A stretch of 32,000 nt of DNA from NCBI RefSeq assembly GCF_900111135.1, contig NZ_FOGF01000015.1, positions 1 through 32,000 of the forward strand, read 5' to 3'. A model generated the notes under the pieces. The model did not search any database, was not told where the DNA came from, and saw only the letters and a program-made list of their open reading frames with translations. This document shows, piece by piece, positions 14,779-22,303 of the stretch. The DNA is from Granulicatella balaenopterae. Lineage in GTDB: Bacteria > Bacillota > Bacilli > Lactobacillales > Aerococcaceae. How positions within the stretch are numbered: the stretch's first letter is position 1; every line of letters starts with the position of its first letter. The position numbers were made by a program, and so were the translations under genes.

Positions 14779-17700
14779 CTAATGTTCTAATTTTGATACT
14801 GCTTCATGTGAAGAAGTCGCCTCACCTGAACTTGATTCTTGCGAGCTTGACGCTTCATTCGAATGAACTGTTTGTGATTTGGCACTTGATTCTTCATTCA
14901 GATTTTCTTCAGGCTTCGTTGGTTCACTTGGCTTTTGAGAAGAACTATCAGAATCTGCCTCAGCTGGTGCAATTGGTTTATTATTTGGCTTATTAACTGA
15001 ATGATTGTCTTCTTCATGTATTGGCTCTGTTGTAGAGTCTTCTACTGAGCGAGAATCAGATGACGAAGCATCGTCTACTTCTTCCAATAAAGAATTTGGC
15101 TGAACTAGTAATACACTTCTAGCTCCTCGTATTTGACTAGCATCAAAGCGAACTGTCAATGTTGCTACTACTTTTTTATTTGAAGGATTGTATTCATAAT
15201 CAACATCAATAGCTTTACTATCAATAGGATGTCCATCAACCGTAATATGATCTACAACAGACTGATCAAAAGTATAATCCCCAATTGGTTTAATTGTACA
15301 AGTCGTTATATTGCCAGCTTGCGTCTTATTAATCTTGAACTGCACATTCTTTAAAGGTGTATGATCTGGGAAATACCTAACATTAGTAATCGTATTCCCT
15401 GCTTTATTAAGATTAAATCCATCAATTGGTTTCAAGAAAATATTATTAGTAAATAATTCTTTTTTCAAGACATTATCATAAACACTAGCTACAGTTGGTT
15501 TTACCACATCATTTTCATGATAGACACTTATAAACGCTCCAAACGCACGAACATAGCGCGCAAATAATTCAAATGTATCATAGGAATTACCTTTATCATT
15601 ATAATTAATCCAACCTTTATGGTATTTCTTAGCTATTGTACCAAAATTACAATTAAATTCTTGATTTAAGTCATTTAGATTTAAACGTAAGCGAGTATTC
15701 CATGCAATATTATCAACAATATCAACAAAATACCCAATATTCTTTAATTCTTTAGTCTGTAATGAACCATTATTATCAAAGTAAGCAACTTTCATTCCTG
15801 ATAAATAGACTTTATTACGTCCCATCTCAATGGCTTCTTTAAAGGAACTAATTGTCACATTAATATCATATACAAACACATTTTTACCATATAATTCTAG
15901 ATTATTTACATAATAATCTCCATATAATGGTAATTGTGGTAATAATGTATGATCTGGTTGTTGACTAACAAAATACCCATAAGGATAATCAACACCTTTA
16001 AGAACATCACTATATGGATAGACCATACTTTGCTTGTAATCATTCCAAGCTGGAGTACCATCAGGATTCACTACTTCTTTCATTTTTTGAACAATTTGAT
16101 GAGATGAACCAGATGTTACGCCATTACCATCTAATGTTGTTTGCGAACCTTGGTTAGCTACACTAAAGCAATCTTTTAATTTTAGATTTGTATGATTGTA
16201 AAAACTTATGTAATTATTTTTATTTCTAACAGCAGCATAATTACGTTCTACAAGAAGTGAATACTGATCATAATTAAAGTAGTTGATCGAATTAATAAAG
16301 CCTGATATTTGTTTTGCATTAACATAAGAATCACCAATCGCAAAGGAATTCTTTATTATATGCTCATTACGTGTATCTTTTGCACCATCAGAATGGACTT
16401 TTGCAAAGCCGCTAAAAGTCTCCAATTCATTTTTTATATCTGCTGTATAATTAACATAACAAGAATCAATATAACTATAATTATTCATTACAAAGCCGGC
16501 TACATCCCCTTTATGCCAACGATCAATATTCGCTGCATTAAAATTCGCTGTAACAGATGAGCGGACGATTTTGTGATTATTTTGTTGAGCAAATCCAGCT
16601 ACTTCATCTGATAATTGACCATCTGACTTCTTACCAATTGTCACTAGTAGATAAAGATTACCATGCTCTCCAATTAATTCTTCAATTGCTTGTTGTGTAA
16701 CTTCTTCACGAGTGATTTTATTATTCGTTACAAATTGATATCCTTCAAAAATCGTTCCAGGGCGATACATCATACTTTGCACTAAAGCGTCATTCCCCCA
16801 TTGATAATTCGTTACATTAACATATTGTTTTAAATACTGTTCATACTTGCTACGATCACTATATAATTGACAACCTGAAATATCTCCATAGTTTTTCGTA
16901 ACAAATCCTGTTGACGCAATTTGTGAATTAACAATATCAATATCAGAAACTTCATGATTATTCACCATAACAGCACCTGGACCATCAATTGTACAGTGGA
17001 TAAGCGCTATATTGTGATGATTATTAGAATTCACTACTCCATCATTAATCGCTACTAGACCTGCTTCTGTGATATGACTATTTTTAACAAATGGATTCGT
17101 TATCGTACCAACATTTTTAAAGATAAAGCCATTTTTAGCGATTGTTGGGCAGTCGGTTACTTGAGCATTTGTTATTGTTGCATGGTCATTCCAACTAGCA
17201 AAGCCATTGCCACTAATACTTGGTGATGTCGCAAAACCATAACCGATTTTATGAACGAAACTATCTATAATCTGAGCATTTGGTTGATTACTAAAGACAA
17301 AGCCATCTCCATTAATTTTTGTGGTAATATGACCTGTTGCTTCAACCGAACTAGCAGAGATAATTTTCTGATTATAGGTTACAAAGCCTGCATTACTTGC
17401 CCCACTAGTCCCAATAATTGGACAATCAATGACGTGAGAATTGTCAATAATTCCTCCATTAGTAAAGATAAAACCACTATTAGAAATACTTATATCATTC
17501 GGATTAGCATAACCAATTCGTTCAACTTTACTAGCAGAAATCTTACCAATCCATGAATTAATATTAGCAAAACCATCCCCAAATATTTGAGTCGGTTGTG
17601 TACCATTAGATGTCACCGAACAACTAGTAATCTCACCATTATTTGTGAATACAAATCCAGCATTTGTAGTACCATCTTTCCCGATAGCTGGGCAGTCGAC

Positions 17701-20700
17701 TACTTGAGACTGGTTAATTGGTCCATTATTGGTAAATACTAATCCGGCTGCTTGTACAATACTTGTTCTAACCGCCATCAGATTATTGATTGTTCCTTTT
17801 CTGGCGTCTGTAGCAAATGTAGCTACTTCTTTTGTTTTAAAGACAGCTAACTTGTTCTCTGTTTGATTATTAGAAATAAATGGTAAATCAGCAAATTTTT
17901 GAAACTCTTTTTCCACCATGAAAGTGGTCATTTCTGGCATACTTCTTGGCGTAATTGTTTGATGATTAATGGTTGAATTCTCTACTGTACATCCAGCAAT
18001 GGAACCACCATTATGACTAGTATGAACCAATCCCCCAACCGTTGAAGCTACATCTGTTTGAAGGTGAGTCACGTTACAATTGGTTACAGAACTTTGCGAT
18101 TGACCGATTAATCCACCCACACAGAGGGCATTCGTTACTTGACTCATCATAACATCTGACACTGTAGAATGCGTTACAACAATGGATGCTTGTCCAATCA
18201 GCCCTCCTAGATATAATTGACCTGTAGATTGGATATTATTCATTGTTGTATTCGCTACCGAGCAACCACTGACATTACTTAATGTTTGCCCACTTAATCC
18301 ACCGACATACGTGGCCGTAATATTATCCATTGTGATATCAGACACCGTATTATCTGAAATAGTACCCGCATTGGTTAATCCGACCAAGCCACCGACATAT
18401 ATAGCATTAGTTGGATTTTCTATGCGAATATTAGACACCCTACAACGAGCAATCTCACTACCACTTGAATGTCCAACCAAGCCACCAATATGAGCTCCAT
18501 CTGCAAACTTAGTAGTAAAGTTTGATGCCTGACAGTTCGTGATTGTACCACTATTTATATTTGCAATGGCATTATATAAATGTACTTCTTGTGTGCCAAG
18601 ACAGTCAATCTCAACCGAGTCAATAATACCCGCACTAGCATTGGCTACACGACGAACTTTGGCGGCAGCTTGCTCATTTGGTGTTAATTGATATTCAAAA
18701 TTAAAATTACTTATTTTACCAGTATTGTTATCAGCGTAAGTTTGTTTATCTAATCCTTTAATCCAATAATGGTCTGCTTTATTTGTTGAAGTACTTACCG
18801 ATCCACTATGCGAACCATCAATGACACAAGCGACAGTTTTTAATAGTGAACTTTCAGTATAATTATAATCTCGTAAACCAAAATCAACATCTAACATTTG
18901 GTGAATCGTAACATCTTTGTTAGCCATTACTGCTCTATCTTGATGTGATACTTGCTGCATGGCTTCATATTGGTTTAAAGACCTTACTTCAAATTCTGTA
19001 CCAAGATTTGGTGACTCTGATTCTCCAACTACTTGTGCTGTATGTGCCAAGTATGGTATGTATCCGTATTTAGCGCTAAAGGTTCCATTTGATTCAATGG
19101 TTACTGTTAAACTATTTGGATTACTTGTTAATAATGGATATATCGTATCTTTAAACCAATTACTGTGATAAGTATTTTTGGCACTAGGCATTCCATCCAA
19201 GTGGTATAGTTGATACTCTTCAGTAATGTTCAGAGCTTTCTTAACGCCAGCGCTCAAATTCGTATTTGCAATAGCTCCTAAATTCGTATCAAAGGCTTGT
19301 TTACCTGTTAATGTCGTACTATTATCAAATGTTATTGTTACTTGATCAAGATTCCCAATTAAGACTAAAGCGTAGCCACTATCCACTAAGTATTTACCTG
19401 GTGTTGTATCAAATGCTACATTCTGCGTTAAAGTCGTTCCATCCCAAGAGTACGTTTGTTTTTCGGTTGGGTTGTCTTTATCAAAGTTGCCTTCAAAGTA
19501 ATATGTTTGATTGTCAAAAGTTTCATAATAGACTAAGCTTGTTTCGCATGTTATATCAGGAATTGGCCAGTCACCGTAATGCGTCTCGTCAATGACTGGG
19601 CGCAATGGGAAGGTTCCTGTTTGCTGGCTTGGATCTTTTAAGTCTTCATCATATGGATGTGCTGTATATGTTTTTTTAGCGCCGATTATATCGGTACTTG
19701 CTTTTGTGGCAATTGTTGCATCTTTATCATTGCCGACGATTTGTACTTCTGAAGAATTGATGCCTGATAAGACATAATTATTCTTATTAAGAGAGCTGAC
19801 ATTTTGGTCGACTTTACCAATGAATGTTCCAGCGTTATCATTGCTCTTATTAGCTTTAACCAAACCAGTCGCATAAGAATTGTCTACCTGGATGTTTTTA
19901 GCTTGTCCAATCAATCCACCAATATTTTGTTGACCATTTCCAGTTGCACTAACCGAAGCAGTTGTATAACAATTATTAATAGCTACTACTTGCGGACTAT
20001 TAACTGTCCCAATGAAGCCGCCAATATTCGTTGTTTTACCATTGGTTACATTTGCAGTAATATTACTTGCCGTCTCAGCATACTTCCCACCATTTATTGT
20101 ACGGCCAGCAACATAACAATTTTCGATTAAACTATCTTGCTGTGTCTGAATAATTTGTCCGATTAAGCCACCTGCAAAGGATTCAATTCCTGAACTATCT
20201 GATTGCTTAGCTTCGATGGTAACTAATGCATTAGAATAACTATCTTTAACCGTTAACTTTCCAGCACTAACTGCTCCGACTAATCCACCTACTGCAGGAT
20301 GTGTACCAGTTACTGTGACTGTCATATTCTTACCTTTTACAAAGGAGTCTTCAATAGTCAGATTATTTTCACCACTAACTAAGCCAACCATTCCACCTGC
20401 TACGCTATGTTTAGCCGCTTGTGCTTTGGTTGTTATATATGACTCTTGGCTTGTTTTTGTGTCATCTGCTTCTACAGAAGAATACTTAATCTCTAGGGAG
20501 CCACTTGTTTTAGCAACGAATCCTCCAGAAGTTTCTTGCCCGTTAATACTTGGATTTTTTAGTTGTAGATTTGACATTAATAATGAGCTATCCAATGTTA
20601 ATTCTCCAAACATCCCGGCATTTGCTTGATCTGTAATCGTTAAATTTTTGATTTGGAATTTGTTCCCATTATATGACGTTAAATGATTATTCGTAATGCT

Positions 20701-22008
20701 ATAGTAGCTATCTTGTGTAGCTGGCGTACCATCTGCTTTATAAATTGTAAACGATGAATCACTTTCCTTAGCTACTGCTTCAAATATGCGATAATCTAGT
20801 TGCTCGTCTTGTTCAAAGCTAGTCATATCAAGCCCCATTCCCTCAGCACACTCAACTTGTGTACTTGCCAATTGACTCGCATCCGTAATCGCATCTTCCG
20901 CCATACCAGAAATTGTTGGATCAAGATTTTCTAAGTGACGAATAGAAGAAACATTAGCCATTATAATAGTATTGCCATCCTTATCAGTGGTTGTTGTGAC
21001 TGAATGAAATAAACTATTCGTCGTTACTGGTTTTGTTTTAACAATTGGGGTTAATACCTCTTTACCAACTGCTTTCACAGTAATGGTAATATCTTCTCCC
21101 GGTGTGAAACCATCTTTTTTTCCAGTAGCTGTTTCAGCAAAAAGTTGTGCAAAATGCTTATCTTTTATCGTAATATCATCTAATATTACCGTATAAATTT
21201 TTTTACCCTGTTCTTTTTTTGCATTTTTTTCGTTTAGAGGAATTATCTTTTTAGCATGACTTGTTTCGCCTGTTACTTCGAGGCTAATATTGGTCTTAAT
21301 CTTATTAGTATCAGTTACCTTTACAATTAATTTATCACCATTTAATACATTAATAGTTGGTGTGTCTATTTTTTCTACTGGTGCCCCACTAACAGCACTT
21401 CCCCCATAATAACCAAGTGGGAATTTTTTACCACTTTTCTTTTGAGCTTTCATACGATCTTTAGGACTGCCACGATAGCCATCTCCCGGAAGAAAGCGCC
21501 CAGTCTCATCAGTTGCTGTTAACTCGTTTTCTTGGCCTTTTTCCGTATAAAACACAGCATAAACACTCGCATTTTTTACATTATATTCAATAATATACGA
21601 GCCTGCTTCACGTGCAACACCGTCAATTGCCCCCATCGGCAACATCTCTTTTAAAATCGTATTATCTAAAGTATCCTTATTAGCTGGACTATAGACAAGA
21701 TAATAATAATCACCTTCATGCCAATCCGCATCATCCATGTCATATGGCTTAGATGGCAGTTGTTCGCCTAAAGTAGTCGTATCTAATTCTGCTAATTCAC
21801 CATTTGCTTCCGCATAAGTTAAGTGGTTTTGTGCAGCAATATATATTTCTTTTGCTGTTTGATCCATCTCTAATTGCTTTAGGTGCTTATAATATCCGCC
21901 AACACCAACCACTGTAATGGCACACAAAATCCCAACGATTGCGATAACTGTCAATAATTCTGCCAATGAATATCCTTTCTTGCGTCTATTGCTATCAAAT
22001 ATCTTCAT
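14779..22008 (-). CDS. Giant (2,409 aa) modular type IV pilin / pilus-associated adhesin with GLUG-like beta-helix repeat blocks
   Basis: GGAGG lies 5 nt upstream of ATG 22008; the ORF-track start 22032 is an extension. N-terminus MKIFDSNRRKKG|YSLAELLTVIAIVGILCAITVVGV is a class III signal with Glu+5. The single uninterrupted ORF contains repeated xGG(L/F)(I/V)Gx motifs (VGGLVGA, AGGLIGQ, IGGFIGT, IGGLIGQ, VGGLVGL, VGGLSGQ, LGGLIGQ, VGGLIGQ) spaced roughly 25-50 residues apart. A second repeat series has (A/N)GF(V/I)FxN motifs. The C-terminal ~100 aa are acidic and Ser-rich. There is no LPXTG and no other TM segment. Confidence 0.85.
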   Translation of the reverse strand: MKIFDSNRRKKGYSLAELLTVIAIVGILCAITVVGVGGYYKHLKQLEMDQTAKEIYIAAQNHLTYAEANGELAELDTTTLGEQLPSKPYDMDDADWHEGDYYYLVYSPANKDTLDNTILKEMLPMGAIDGVAREAGSYIIEYNVKNASVYAVFYTEKGQENELTATDETGRFLPGDGYRGSPKDRMKAQKKSGKKFPLGYYGGSAVSGAPVEKIDTPTINVLNGDKLIVKVTDTNKIKTNISLEVTGETSHAKKIIPLNEKNAKKEQGKKIYTVILDDITIKDKHFAQLFAETATGKKDGFTPGEDITITVKAVGKEVLTPIVKTKPVTTNSLFHSVTTTTDKDGNTIIMANVSSIRHLENLDPTISGMAEDAITDASQLASTQVECAEGMGLDMTSFEQDEQLDYRIFEAVAKESDSSFTIYKADGTPATQDSYYSITNNHLTSYNGNKFQIKNLTITDQANAGMFGELTLDSSLLMSNLQLKNPSINGQETSGGFVAKTSGSLEIKYSSVEADDTKTSQESYITTKAQAAKHSVAGGMVGLVSGENNLTIEDSFVKGKNMTVTVTGTHPAVGGLVGAVSAGKLTVKDSYSNALVTIEAKQSDSSGIESFAGGLIGQIIQTQQDSLIENCYVAGRTINGGKYAETASNITANVTNGKTTNIGGFIGTVNSPQVVAINNCYTTASVSATGNGQQNIGGLIGQAKNIQVDNSYATGLVKANKSNDNAGTFIGKVDQNVSSLNKNNYVLSGINSSEVQIVGNDKDATIATKASTDIIGAKKTYTAHPYDEDLKDPSQQTGTFPLRPVIDETHYGDWPIPDITCETSLVYYETFDNQTYYFEGNFDKDNPTEKQTYSWDGTTLTQNVAFDTTPGKYLVDSGYALVLIGNLDQVTITFDNSTTLTGKQAFDTNLGAIANTNLSAGVKKALNITEEYQLYHLDGMPSAKNTYHSNWFKDTIYPLLTSNPNSLTVTIESNGTFSAKYGYIPYLAHTAQVVGESESPNLGTEFEVRSLNQYEAMQQVSHQDRAVMANKDVTIHQMLDVDFGLRDYNYTESSLLKTVACVIDGSHSGSVSTSTNKADHYWIKGLDKQTYADNNTGKISNFNFEYQLTPNEQAAAKVRRVANASAGIIDSVEIDCLGTQEVHLYNAIANINSGTITNCQASNFTTKFADGAHIGGLVGHSSGSEIARCRVSNIRIENPTNAIYVGGLVGLTNAGTISDNTVSDITMDNITATYVGGLSGQTLSNVSGCSVANTTMNNIQSTGQLYLGGLIGQASIVVTHSTVSDVMMSQVTNALCVGGLIGQSQSSVTNCNVTHLQTDVASTVGGLVHTSHNGGSIAGCTVENSTINHQTITPRSMPEMTTFMVEKEFQKFADLPFISNNQTENKLAVFKTKEVATFATDARKGTINNLMAVRTSIVQAAGLVFTNNGPINQSQVVDCPAIGKDGTTNAGFVFTNNGEITSCSVTSNGTQPTQIFGDGFANINSWIGKISASKVERIGYANPNDISISNSGFIFTNGGIIDNSHVIDCPIIGTSGASNAGFVTYNQKIISASSVEATGHITTKINGDGFVFSNQPNAQIIDSFVHKIGYGFATSPSISGNGFASWNDHATITNAQVTDCPTIAKNGFIFKNVGTITNPFVKNSHITEAGLVAINDGVVNSNNHHNIALIHCTIDGPGAVMVNNHEVSDIDIVNSQIASTGFVTKNYGDISGCQLYSDRSKYEQYLKQYVNVTNYQWGNDALVQSMMYRPGTIFEGYQFVTNNKITREEVTQQAIEELIGEHGNLYLLVTIGKKSDGQLSDEVAGFAQQNNHKIVRSSVTANFNAANIDRWHKGDVAGFVMNNYSYIDSCYVNYTADIKNELETFSGFAKVHSDGAKDTRNEHIIKNSFAIGDSYVNAKQISGFINSINYFNYDQYSLLVERNYAAVRNKNNYISFYNHTNLKLKDCFSVANQGSQTTLDGNGVTSGSSHQIVQKMKEVVNPDGTPAWNDYKQSMVYPYSDVLKGVDYPYGYFVSQQPDHTLLPQLPLYGDYYVNNLELYGKNVFVYDINVTISSFKEAIEMGRNKVYLSGMKVAYFDNNGSLQTKELKNIGYFVDIVDNIAWNTRLRLNLNDLNQEFNCNFGTIAKKYHKGWINYNDKGNSYDTFELFARYVRAFGAFISVYHENDVVKPTVASVYDNVLKKELFTNNIFLKPIDGFNLNKAGNTITNVRYFPDHTPLKNVQFKINKTQAGNITTCTIKPIGDYTFDQSVVDHITVDGHPIDSKAIDVDYEYNPSNKKVVATLTVRFDASQIRGARSVLLVQPNSLLEEVDDASSSDSRSVEDSTTEPIHEEDNHSVNKPNNKPIAPAEADSDSSSQKPSEPTKPEENLNEESSAKSQTVHSNEASSSQESSSGEATSSHEAVSKLEH

Positions 22009-22079
22009 AACTTCCTCCATACTAATCCCCATCTATTTTTAACGCTATTATGCGCATTCTAATTAATATACTCACTAAA

Positions 22080-22088
22080 ATTATACCA
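22080..22088 (-). promoter_or_regulatory. Extended -10 element TGGTATAAT upstream of the giant pilin gene
   Basis: Minus strand reads tttgtgTGGTATAATtttagtg about 70 nt upstream of ATG 22008. The same 9-mer occurs at 995..1003 and 1739..1747. Confidence 0.5.
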
Positions 22089-22197
22089 CACAAAAAGCGT
22101 TATTTCTTGTGAAACTAAGCATTCCAATAAGGAAAATAAAAAGAATGCCCCCAATCCGCTTCACGGTTAGCACATTATGAAAGTCTATTCACTTCCT

Positions 22198-22238
22198 AAA
22201 AAAAGAAACCACATCAGCTATTTTAGCCGAGTGATTTC
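22198..22238 (-). terminator. Rho-independent terminator after the CWB-repeat peptidase gene
   Basis: Minus-strand RNA GAAAUCACUCGGC-UAAAAUA-GCUGAUGUGGUUUC forms a ~13-bp stem with one bulge and G-U pairs, followed by UUUUUUU. Confidence 0.65.
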
Positions 22239-22303
22239 TAAACTTGTCTTTTCTCTATTGCTTATCTATTGTTAGAAGCTATTTAGTTAACATGCGGTAG
22301 TCT

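Noticed and set aside
16309-20629. Numerous 60-108-aa ORFs on both strands inside the giant pilin gene (e.g. 17251..17556, 19804..20130, 20315..20629, 19686..19874)
   Set aside because: They are embedded in a 7.2-kb uninterrupted frame with coherent repeat architecture. They are off-frame or antisense artefacts of repetitive sequence.
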